Shown piece after piece: positions 1-9,409 of a DNA stretch of 28,862 bases. Position 1 is the stretch's first letter, and the number at the start of each line of letters is the position of its first letter. Position numbers and translations under genes: made by a program. The DNA is taken from positions 1 to 28,862 of the forward strand of contig CAYWEU010000087.1 of assembly GCA_964457395.1 (NCBI GenBank). Reading direction: 5' to 3'. The notes below the pieces were generated by a model. That model was not told the origin of the DNA, did not search any database, and worked only from the letters and a program-made list of their open reading frames with translations. The stretch comes from an uncultured Candidatus Peribacteria bacterium. Its GTDB lineage: Bacteria > Patescibacteriota > Gracilibacteria > Peribacterales > Peribacteraceae.

Positions 1-864
1 CTCGATCGGCTGACGCTGCAGATCAACAACATCGGCTTGGCGGAGAATCGCAAAGAATTTCTACTCGCGTTGCGAGACTACTTCGTGGGCAAAGAACGCA
101 ACTTGCCCGACGTCGATCGTGCCCGCTTGGACACGAACCCGCTGCGGCTGTTAGATTCGAAAGAAGAAGACACGCGCATTCTGCTGAAGATGGCACCAAC
201 ACTGGATCAATTTTTGAGCAAAGAGAGCACGAAGTACCACGAGACGCTCTTGGAGTACCTCGATGCATTGGGCGTCAAGTACCAGCCCAACGCCTCGCTC
301 GTTCGCGGATTGGATTATTACAACCAAACTGTCTTTGAATTTTGGGACAGTTCCACGGGAGCACAAAATGCCGTTGGGGGCGGCGGCCGCTTCGATGGAC
401 TCATGGAACAGCTCGGTGGCAAGCCGACTCCAGGGGTGGGTTTCGCGTGCGGCATCGAGCGGATCATCTGGCACATGCAAGAAGCCGGTGTGCAAGCGCC
501 CAACAAGGACCATGTCGATGTGTTCGTGGCGCAGCTGGGACCCGAAGCGAAGAAAAAGTGTCTGAGTTTGGTCAGTCAGTTGCGCGACTTGGGTATCCAC
601 ACTGTCGGAGCCCTTGGCGAAGCGAGTCTCAAGAGCCAAATGCGTTTGGCGGACAGGTTTCAAGCACGGTACACGCTGTTGCTGGGCCAGTTGGAAGTCA
701 GGGAACACACGATCATCTTGAAAGACATGAGTGCAGGAAAGCAGAGGCAAATAGCCTTCAAAGACGCGGTTCCCGAAGTGTTGAAGCTCATGAAAAAAGA
801 CAGTCTGGATACGTATTCGATAACGGATAAGCTCGGGAAATTTGCAGATCCCGGGGAAGGATAA
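1..864 (+). CDS. hisS: Histidine--tRNA ligase, 5'-truncated by the window edge
   Basis: Frame is open from base 1 (LDRLTLQINNIG...). Motifs LVRGLDYYNQTVFEF, GGGRFDGL and GVGFACGIERI are present, followed by a C-terminal anticodon-binding domain. Confidence 0.95.
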   Translation, partial: LDRLTLQINNIGLAENRKEFLLALRDYFVGKERNLPDVDRARLDTNPLRLLDSKEEDTRILLKMAPTLDQFLSKESTKYHETLLEYLDALGVKYQPNASLVRGLDYYNQTVFEFWDSSTGAQNAVGGGGRFDGLMEQLGGKPTPGVGFACGIERIIWHMQEAGVQAPNKDHVDVFVAQLGPEAKKKCLSLVSQLRDLGIHTVGALGEASLKSQMRLADRFQARYTLLLGQLEVREHTIILKDMSAGKQRQIAFKDAVPEVLKLMKKDSLDTYSITDKLGKFADPGEG

Positions 865-872
865 TTTCGAGC

Positions 873-2979
<2,107 letters not shown>

Positions 2980-3049
2980 TGCTGTTCTGACGTAGAATGT
3001 TCTGGGATTGCACAGGAATGTCTCAATGCATATAGCAATGCTATTCTCC

Positions 3050-3077
3050 TTGGAAGTCAATTTTTGGAAGTCAATTT
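3050..3077. repeat. Perfect 14-bp tandem direct repeat in the gyrB/greA divergent intergenic region
   Basis: TTGGAAGTCAATTT occurs at 3050-3063 and 3064-3077. Confidence 0.85.
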
Positions 3078-3108
3078 TCCACCGGTGACAGCATTGGCAT
3101 AGATCACC

Positions 3109-3146
3109 TTGTCCTGGTCCACTGCTTCGCCTACAATCCCCGCACT
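3109..3146 (+). promoter_or_regulatory. Sigma70-type promoter for greA, leaderless type
   Basis: TTGTCC (3109-3114), 17 nt, TACAAT (3132-3137), 9 nt, ATG at 3147. Confidence 0.6.
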
Positions 3147-3665
3147 ATGACAGCCGCAACACCTCCAGCCTCGTCCTTTTCGGATGAGGAAATGCTCATT
3201 ACCAAAGAAGGTCTGAAGAAGCTGAGGGAAGAGTTGGATTTCCTCAAGACAACCAAGCGCCAGGAGATCGCAGCGAGACTGAAAGAAGCCATCTCGTATG
3301 GCGACTTGTCCGAGAACGCCGAGTACGAGGAAGCCAAGAATGACCAGGCGTTCATCGAGGGCCGTATTTTGGAACTGGAAAATCAGATCAAGAACGCGCG
3401 GCTCATCAGCGATGCGGCGATCGCAAAAGCGTCGAAGGGCAAGATCATCGACATCAGTTCCACGGTGACCGTACGTAACAAGACCGACGACGACGAGCCC
3501 GAGACGTACACCATCGTCGGGAGCATGGAGGCCGACCCCATCGACCACAAGATCAGCAACGAGTCCCCCATCGGCAAGGCGCTACTGGGCCGCGAGAAAG
3601 GCGACGTCGTCGATGTCGTCGCACCTGCGGGAAAGTTTCAGTATGAGATTTTGAAAGTGGCATGA
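3147..3665 (+). CDS. greA: Transcription elongation factor GreA
   Basis: Contains ITKEGLKKLREEL, EAISYGDLSENAEYEEAK and ISNESPIGKALLG. Confidence 0.96.
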   Translation: MTAATPPASSFSDEEMLITKEGLKKLREELDFLKTTKRQEIAARLKEAISYGDLSENAEYEEAKNDQAFIEGRILELENQIKNARLISDAAIAKASKGKIIDISSTVTVRNKTDDDEPETYTIVGSMEADPIDHKISNESPIGKALLGREKGDVVDVVAPAGKFQYEILKVA

Positions 3666-3669
3666 TGAG

Positions 3670-3706
3670 TGGTCAGTAGTCAGCACACTGCCTACTGTCT
3701 ACTCCT
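3670..3706. repeat. Degenerate inverted heptamer-periodic element (CAGTAGT type)
   Basis: Left arm TGGTCAG TAGTCAG (3670-3683) matches the reverse complement of CTGCCTA CTGTCTA (3688-3701) at 11/14 positions. Confidence 0.55.
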
Positions 3707-3743
3707 CTTTCAAATCCCCTACTTTTCGCATATCCTGACGACC

Positions 3744-4166
3744 ATGGCAGATGACTCAACACCAACCGGCGCACAGGGACAAGCAAAGGCTCAAGCCTCC
3801 GCTAGCGCAGGACTGGCTATTCCGCCTGGAATTCAGGAGAAGTTTGGCCCGCTCCTGGAGCTCATCAAGGCATCCGAGAGTATGAATAATGAGGAACGAC
3901 AGTACTGGATCAACATCCTGCCGATCATGACCGCGGAACAACTGAAGAACTTGGAAGATATTCTGATGAACGAAAAAAAGCAGCTGGCGGCGATCGACGA
4001 GAAATACAGCAAAGAAGTGTCTGCACTGGGCGACGGTGTGTCGCTCGAGACCATGGAAAAGTCTCTCAAGGAAAAGCGAAAACAACGCACAGACCAGGAG
4101 CGCAACGCCGCGGATCAAGAACAGCAGAAAGAAAAGGATATTTTGGAGCAGATACAAAGTTCGTAA
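3744..4166 (+). CDS. Hypothetical alpha-helical/coiled-coil protein
   Basis: Start moved from 3669 to ATG 3744 (MADDSTPTG...), which follows TTTCAA-17-TATCCT-7. Ordered core LLELIKASESMNNEERQYWINILPIM is followed by a charged coiled coil. Confidence 0.8.
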   Translation: MADDSTPTGAQGQAKAQASASAGLAIPPGIQEKFGPLLELIKASESMNNEERQYWINILPIMTAEQLKNLEDILMNEKKQLAAIDEKYSKEVSALGDGVSLETMEKSLKEKRKQRTDQERNAADQEQQKEKDILEQIQSS

Positions 4167-4172
4167 AAGGCC

Positions 4173-4213
4173 GTAGCGGAGACGCCGCGTCTCCGACTGG
4201 GCTGAAGGCCCAG
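4173..4213. repeat. REP-like twin hairpin between convergent genes
   Basis: GTAG (4173-4176) is followed by CGGAGACG-ccg-CGTCTCCG (4177-4195) and then CTGGGC-tgaag-GCCCAG (4197-4213). Confidence 0.6.
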
Positions 4214-4313
4214 ATGGATTATCTATGCAAATGCGACTACGACCTGCTGACCCTCGCAATGTCTGGTCGATCTTTCGTATTTTTCGAGAGCAGATAAGTG
4301 CCGGAATGTATTT

Positions 4314-5273
4314 TCACGCGCAAGCAACGATAATCCTGTCCGCGAGCGCACTCAGCTCCACGGTGTGCTCTGCTGTGTACTTAAACCCGCCGGTTTTCAG
4401 CTCTGTATCGGCATCCGCCGCCCAGTTGACCAGCCAGCGCACGCGCCGAAGATCGAGAGACTTGACCAGCGGCATGAGCCCCCGCACGCCCAAAAAATGC
4501 ACGCCGGTTGCATCCATAATCGCCTTGTCGCTCTGGACGCCCGATTGCACGCACACCCAAACGGCTGCAAGATTTTTGACCATGTTCAGCAGCACCGCCC
4601 ACATGCCGTACGCGTCTTCGCCGCGTTCGACTTGATCGTTGAAGAACTTGAGCGCTTCGTTGGTTTTGCGATTGCCAACCAGGTCGGTCAGCCGCCAGAT
4701 GACCTGCGCGCCGGACGGCACGGCCAGCAGTTCGACCTGCTCGACGCCGATTGTTGACGAGTAGGCCGCCAGCTTGCTCAATTCGTTGGACAATGTCCAT
4801 TGATCAGTACCGACGATGCGCAGCAGCAATGACAAAGCTGCAGGCTGCGCTACCGCACCGCGTGAAGCCAGAAATTCTTTCATCCATGTCTGCAACTGCG
4901 CGGGTGGGAGCGGCTTGAAGTCTTTCGTTTCCCCCGCTTGGGCTTGCAGTTCTTTGGTCACCGACAACCGCTTGTCGATCTTGGACGAATAGACGACGAA
5001 TACCGTTTGATGATGAATGGCCTCGAGGACAGTCAGCAACTGCTGTTTGTCGACCTTGGGAATACCGTCGCAGAGCACCAAGCGTTTCTCGGCGATGAAC
5101 GGCAACACCGATACGGCGTCCAGTAATTCGCTGAGACTCTGCGAGGGGCCATGCAGCTGGACGAGGTTCTCGGCTCCGTGCTTTGTGCGAAAATTTTCCT
5201 TCCAGCGCAGAATTTCTTGGGAGAGAGCGTACTCGTTCTCGCCGGTGAAGAGATAGAAATTCGGGTTGGGCAT
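4314..5273 (-). CDS. holA: DNA polymerase III subunit delta
   Basis: Contains YLFTGENEY, PFIAEKRLVL, IVGTDQWTLSNELSKLAAY and IWRLTDLV, with the typical length of 319 aa. Confidence 0.9.
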   Translation of the reverse strand: MPNPNFYLFTGENEYALSQEILRWKENFRTKHGAENLVQLHGPSQSLSELLDAVSVLPFIAEKRLVLCDGIPKVDKQQLLTVLEAIHHQTVFVVYSSKIDKRLSVTKELQAQAGETKDFKPLPPAQLQTWMKEFLASRGAVAQPAALSLLLRIVGTDQWTLSNELSKLAAYSSTIGVEQVELLAVPSGAQVIWRLTDLVGNRKTNEALKFFNDQVERGEDAYGMWAVLLNMVKNLAAVWVCVQSGVQSDKAIMDATGVHFLGVRGLMPLVKSLDLRRVRWLVNWAADADTELKTGGFKYTAEHTVELSALADRIIVACA

Positions 5274-5291
5274 CCGTTGGGTAGAATAGCA
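5274..5291 (-). promoter_or_regulatory. Extended -10 promoter for holA, leaderless type
   Basis: Minus strand reads TG-C-TATTCT (5291-5283), then 9 nt, then ATG. Confidence 0.55.
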
Positions 5292-5381
5292 TTGTTCAGC
5301 TGCACATGGGTCTTTTTACAGGTGTTTAGCTTCCAGAAAATATTAGATACTATTTCTTGAGTAAATCAACTCTACTGCGGT

Positions 5382-5403
5382 GAAAAAAAGCCGTTTTTCG
5401 GCT
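5382..5403 (-). terminator. Intrinsic terminator-like hairpin on the minus strand, overlapping the dockerin-operon promoter spacer
   Basis: Minus strand reads AGCCG-aaaaa-CGGCT followed by TTTTTT. Confidence 0.4.
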
Positions 5404-5416
5404 ATAATAAGGAGAA
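5403..5416 (+). promoter_or_regulatory. -10 box for the dockerin/cohesin operon
   Basis: Consensus TATAAT at 5403-5408 lies 8 nt before ATG 5417. A GGAG at 5411-5414 falls at or before the predicted transcription start. Confidence 0.6.
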
Positions 5417-5740
5417 ATGACACACACATATTCATTCTACTCCCGGAAGTCATTACGCCTGATGTCCATCATAGGCGTGTTCATGTGTTTGTCCTTTGCC
5501 ATAGGAATCCAGACTGCCAGTGACTCGGTCGTCGGACAGACACAAGCCCTCGGCACTCGCATGGCTGGTGACATCAACGGCGACAATCTCGTCGACGTAC
5601 TGGATGCGCGCATGATACTGGAAATCGTCAACGGCAATCGCGTGATGACGGCCAGTGAACTTGCGGGTGACCCGAACCAGGACTCTCAACTGACTATCGA
5701 CGACGCGATCGAACTGTTGCGACGCATCGATACTCGATGA
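5417..5740 (+). CDS. Small secreted or membrane-anchored dockerin-domain protein
   Basis: An N-terminal hydrophobic segment precedes two Ca-binding loop-helix repeats, GDINGDNLVDVLDARMIL and GDPNQDSQLTIDDAIELL, matching the dockerin pattern. No catalytic domain. Confidence 0.85.
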   Translation: MTHTYSFYSRKSLRLMSIIGVFMCLSFAIGIQTASDSVVGQTQALGTRMAGDINGDNLVDVLDARMILEIVNGNRVMTASELAGDPNQDSQLTIDDAIELLRRIDTR

Positions 5741-6921
5741 ATTGCCCACCCATGACACACACCAACCGCAGCATCGGCACCGTGCTCATCGCATCAGCAA
5801 TCGTCGTAGCTGCGATGATCCCAACTGCATTTGGGCAGACGTCGGCATCGACAATGCTCGAGCTGCGACCGCACTGCATTTTGCCCGACATGACCAAATG
5901 CCCCATGTTCGAGGTGCTAGACGCGCAGCATGTACGCACACAAAAGTTGCGCGGCGGCGACATTCTGGATCTCGACATCGTCTTGGTGACACTCAAGCCC
6001 AAAGATATCTCGACTGTGCGCAGCTGGTTGAAATACGACCCTCTGGTGCTGGAAGCGCGCAGCGTGGAGATCATGCGGGACGCCCTGAAGCAGCCGATCG
6101 CCGATGAAGAAAACATCGATGCAGACCTCGGTCTTATCAAGATCGGTGGCAAGGCCGATGGCACACTGACGCAAAAAGAGACTCGCGTCGCTCGCGTGAC
6201 GTTTCGCGTCAAGAGTGACGGCACCTCGACCGAGATTTCGTTTCAGAACTTTCAAGCAAATGCATCCGGCGAAACCGCCGTCACGCACGACAGCAGCACC
6301 GGCAAGACACAGCTGCTCTCGGCGCGACCGTCAACATTGACGGTGCAACTGGGCAGTGTGCAAGCAGTGCAGCAAACCGCAACGCAATCCAGCGCTGCAC
6401 CGGTATCCACAGGTCTGTCGGTATTTTCGTTGCTACAGGTGCAGAACCTGAAAGTCACGACACGCGGCAACAGCGTCTTTGTCGGGTGGCAGCCGCTCAC
6501 GAGCGCCGAACTCGCCGGGTACAACGTCTACTACGGCAGCGTCTCGGGCAAGTACATCCAGCGCCGGAGCCTGACGAAAAACGAAACGAGCGTCATCTTG
6601 CGCGACTTGGAACCCGGTACGGAATACTTCGTAGCGTTGCGCGCATTCAACCAACAGAATCTCGAGTCGGCATTCAGCCACGAAGTCTCGGTGACGGCCG
6701 GAAAGCCTGACTCTTCGACTTCGCCGCTCGCCGGAAGTGTCACTGCAACCGGCGGTACCGGCAACGCGGTGGCGGTGTATCAAGGAAACCAGATCAGCGG
6801 CGAAACCGGTATGAGCACGCAACTCCTGGGCTTGCTGTTGCTCTCTGCCATCATCGGCACCGCCTTTGCTTGGCACAGGCAATTCGTCGGTGTCTCTGAC
6901 CGTCCTGCTAGTCACTCATGA
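5737..6921 (+). CDS. Cohesin-like domain + fibronectin type III surface protein with C-terminal TM anchor
   Basis: Signal peptide; cohesin-like beta-sandwich (LDLDIVL...ISTVRSWLKYDPLVLEA...VARVTFRV...EISF); FN3 (VQNLKV...VGWQP...GYNVYYG...LRDLEPGTEYFVALRAFN); tail SGETG + TM + HR. ATGA overlap with the upstream gene. Confidence 0.75.
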   Translation: MNCPPMTHTNRSIGTVLIASAIVVAAMIPTAFGQTSASTMLELRPHCILPDMTKCPMFEVLDAQHVRTQKLRGGDILDLDIVLVTLKPKDISTVRSWLKYDPLVLEARSVEIMRDALKQPIADEENIDADLGLIKIGGKADGTLTQKETRVARVTFRVKSDGTSTEISFQNFQANASGETAVTHDSSTGKTQLLSARPSTLTVQLGSVQAVQQTATQSSAAPVSTGLSVFSLLQVQNLKVTTRGNSVFVGWQPLTSAELAGYNVYYGSVSGKYIQRRSLTKNETSVILRDLEPGTEYFVALRAFNQQNLESAFSHEVSVTAGKPDSSTSPLAGSVTATGGTGNAVAVYQGNQISGETGMSTQLLGLLLLSAIIGTAFAWHRQFVGVSDRPASHS

Positions 6922-7979
6922 GCGATTCTCAACTCTACTCCGGCTGGAATTCGACCGACGATGCACCGGAGCAGGCAGTGCCCGTACACAGCGTGCCGAG
7001 CTCTGCCACATCTGCAGCCTCGATGCAGCCGGGACCAAACTACGCAGTCCACGGGGCAGGGATGTCGGACCGCGGGCGCAGACAATTGTCGGCAGTCAGC
7101 GGCATCGCCACCGTTATAGTGCTCGCATTGCTCTTCTCTGTCGGCGCGGACGCGCTGCGAGGCGATTTGGGAATGGGCAACGAAGCAACAACCGTGACGA
7201 TCAACGACCTCGGAGAATTTGTTCCTACGACCGTGACGCTCTCTCCGGGAGACAAATTGATCGTCCAAAACAACAACGCCAACCCGCAGGTACTCAAAGC
7301 GTCCGACAGCAAGCAGGATGTGATGGGCACGCAAGTGCTCTTCGACCGTCCGTTCGAGTTTACTGTACCTGCCTCCGCAGCCGGAAACACGTACGAGTAT
7401 TTCTCCGAAACGCTGCCCGAAAGCAGCACACTCACGCTGGTCATTCTCGCTAACGCCGCGTCCGCGCGAGCAGCCTCGTCGACTTCCTCGGCGTCATCTG
7501 CAGTTGCAGGAGCCGTGGATATTCCGATCCCCTCACATTTGGGCTTGGTTGCCGTATCGTCTGTGTCATCGTCTTCGTCGATGCGCACAGCGGTAACACT
7601 TGCAATGCAAAGTTCACGTGCGACGACGACTGTCGCTCCACCCACACAAAACGGAACAGCCGTGATCGACGTCGGTATGGTCAAGACTACCACGCATGCA
7701 GCCGCACCGGACTTTAGCGACAATGCAACAAACATCCCGACAAATCCGTTTACCGTTGGCAATCTACGAACCGCACTCGAGACCGGCATTTTGACCCCAG
7801 GCAAGAAACCAACAAAGGCACCGGTAAACACTGCCGCATTGCACTCCGGCGCTCCTCTCATGGCTATCAAAAAGCCGAACATGAACGCGCAGACCGGCCC
7901 GGGTGTGTGGATAGCCCTCGTTGCAGCACTTGGCTTGTTCTCGCTTGCGTACAGGCTTTTCGTGAACCACAGAGCGTAG
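6918..7979 (+). CDS. Surface protein with cupredoxin-like fold (no Cu ligands), Ser/Ala/Thr linker and C-terminal TM
   Basis: N-terminal TM, then VTINDLGEFVPTTVTLSPGDKLIVQN...YEYFS (cupredoxin-like pattern), a low-complexity linker, and tail NAQTGP + TM + R. ATGA overlap with the cohesin gene. Confidence 0.7.
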   Translation: MSDSQLYSGWNSTDDAPEQAVPVHSVPSSATSAASMQPGPNYAVHGAGMSDRGRRQLSAVSGIATVIVLALLFSVGADALRGDLGMGNEATTVTINDLGEFVPTTVTLSPGDKLIVQNNNANPQVLKASDSKQDVMGTQVLFDRPFEFTVPASAAGNTYEYFSETLPESSTLTLVILANAASARAASSTSSASSAVAGAVDIPIPSHLGLVAVSSVSSSSSMRTAVTLAMQSSRATTTVAPPTQNGTAVIDVGMVKTTTHAAAPDFSDNATNIPTNPFTVGNLRTALETGILTPGKKPTKAPVNTAALHSGAPLMAIKKPNMNAQTGPGVWIALVAALGLFSLAYRLFVNHRA

Positions 7980-8048
7980 GTGTAAGACTGCGATGCACCC
8001 GATGCTATCGGGCTTAAGGTAAACTTCCTTTATACTGCCACACTCGAT

Positions 8049-8573
8049 ATGGATATACGATTCGCAATTGGGCTTCTCGGTTCCCTCATCCTTGTTATCG
8101 GCGTTGCGACTACGGTTTCGAACATCAAGAACACGCTCTTCGCAATCGGTAATGCTTGCATGTTCCTCTACGCACTCCTCGGCTACCTCGATGGTGGTCC
8201 GATCTTCTTTCTCATTCTGCAAATTTTTGTCGCAATCTCAACCGTATCGATGCTACTCAAGGTGCCCGATGCATATGACACCCCGTTGCTCGCGGTCAGC
8301 GGACTTGCGTTGGTTATATGGTCTCTCTCTCTTTTCGAGGGATATGGTACGGCAATCTTCGTGGTGGGACTCGTGCTGCTTGGCATCGGTTTCGCTATGG
8401 ATACCGGTACGATGAAACGCGAGATTGCACTGATGGGGGGTAGTGCTGTGATTGCGATCTTCTCTATCCTGATGCGCGATTGGATATTCATCGGTCTCAA
8501 TGTTCTCTTCGCCGCTCTCTCCTTCGTCAACATTCTACGGCTAATGCATAAGCCAACTACTGTCAGAACATAA
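8049..8573 (+). CDS. Small polytopic membrane protein (about 7 TM, internal duplication)
   Basis: 174 aa, almost entirely hydrophobic helices. TATACT lies 12 nt upstream of the ATG. Confidence 0.8.
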   Translation: MDIRFAIGLLGSLILVIGVATTVSNIKNTLFAIGNACMFLYALLGYLDGGPIFFLILQIFVAISTVSMLLKVPDAYDTPLLAVSGLALVIWSLSLFEGYGTAIFVVGLVLLGIGFAMDTGTMKREIALMGGSAVIAIFSILMRDWIFIGLNVLFAALSFVNILRLMHKPTTVRT

Positions 8574-8659
8574 TGGTGGGCCGGGCTGGACTCGAACCAG
8601 CGAAGGCGTAAGCCAGCAGATTTACAGTCTGCCCCGTTTGACCGCTTCGGTACCGACCC
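8574..8659 (-). tRNA. tRNA-Tyr (GTA)
   Basis: Reverse complement is GGGTCGGTACCGAAGCGGTCAAACGGGGCAGACTGTAAATCTGCTGGCTTACGCCTTCGCTGGTTCGAGTCCAGCCCGGCCCACCA, with acceptor stem, anticodon loop CTGTAAA, long variable arm, TTCGA loop and encoded CCA. Confidence 0.97.
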
Positions 8660-8663
8660 ACGA

Positions 8664-8698
8664 ATGAATTATGAATGAAGACGTATGAATTAAGAAGA
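8664..8698. repeat. Heptamer-periodic array (ATGAATT type) directly upstream of tRNA-Tyr
   Basis: ATGAATT ATGAATG AAGACGT ATGAATT AAGAAGA in strict 7-nt phase; only one arm is evident. Confidence 0.65.
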
Positions 8699-8791
8699 GG
8701 AAGTTTTATTAAATACCGGCTTCACGACAGGCGATATCAGAAGGGAACTGGTATTATTCCGACCGACGATCGCTTTTTCCAACATTGTCGG

Positions 8792-9343
8792 CTATACCTG
8801 TTTGCCTTTCTCGATGTCGTATTCCATCGCATAAGCATCTTCGTCGAGATCCTCGTAATAGCCGCGCACAACGCTTGTAGCCCGAAAGCCTTGAGCACGA
8901 AAGAAAAGCTGTGCACCGAAATTTTTCTCGCGCAAGAGAAGATCGATTTTGCTGCGCCGCTGCAGCGAAAGTTTATCGATCAATGTGGAAACCATTCGCG
9001 TTGCAATACCGAGTCTCCGGTACTGTGGATGAACGGCTATATTGAGTACGTTGATTTCTTTCTTTTGCAATGCATACACCATATAGCCAAGGATTGTCGT
9101 ATCGACTTCGATCACCTTGAGCATACAATTTCTGTACTGTTTCAAGCGTTTAAAAACGTCTTCGGACCAGCAGCCATAATCCCCGAAACTCTCTTGTTCG
9201 ATTCGCAAGACTTGTGGCAAATGGCGGTCCTGTAAATAACGAACATTTGTTTTCAGCGGCTCTGTTTTCATTTTTACAACATTGGCCTGATCAGATAACT
9301 GATCAGCTGAATCCGGTTTTCTGGTGGAGAAAAAGTTTCTCAT
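8792..9343 (-). CDS. RimI-like GNAT N-acetyltransferase
   Basis: Contains LPQVLRIEQESF, VLNIAVHPQYRRLGIA (acetyl-CoA motif A), AQLFFRAQGF and YYEDLDEDAYAM. Confidence 0.88.
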   Translation of the reverse strand: MRNFFSTRKPDSADQLSDQANVVKMKTEPLKTNVRYLQDRHLPQVLRIEQESFGDYGCWSEDVFKRLKQYRNCMLKVIEVDTTILGYMVYALQKKEINVLNIAVHPQYRRLGIATRMVSTLIDKLSLQRRSKIDLLLREKNFGAQLFFRAQGFRATSVVRGYYEDLDEDAYAMEYDIEKGKQV

Positions 9344-9409
9344 ACATGTATTTATAGACCATTTTTTATACTATGCAAGAAATTCGCTTTAACGAACACT
9401 TTTCTGCAC

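Noticed and set aside
5417-7979. A true cellulosome
   Set aside because: No glycoside hydrolase, CBM or multi-cohesin scaffoldin is present in the window.
7998-8012. Hairpin CCCGAT-gct-ATCGGG as terminator of the surface operon
   Set aside because: It has only a 6-bp stem, a 3-nt loop and no clear U-tract; plausible but not supportable.
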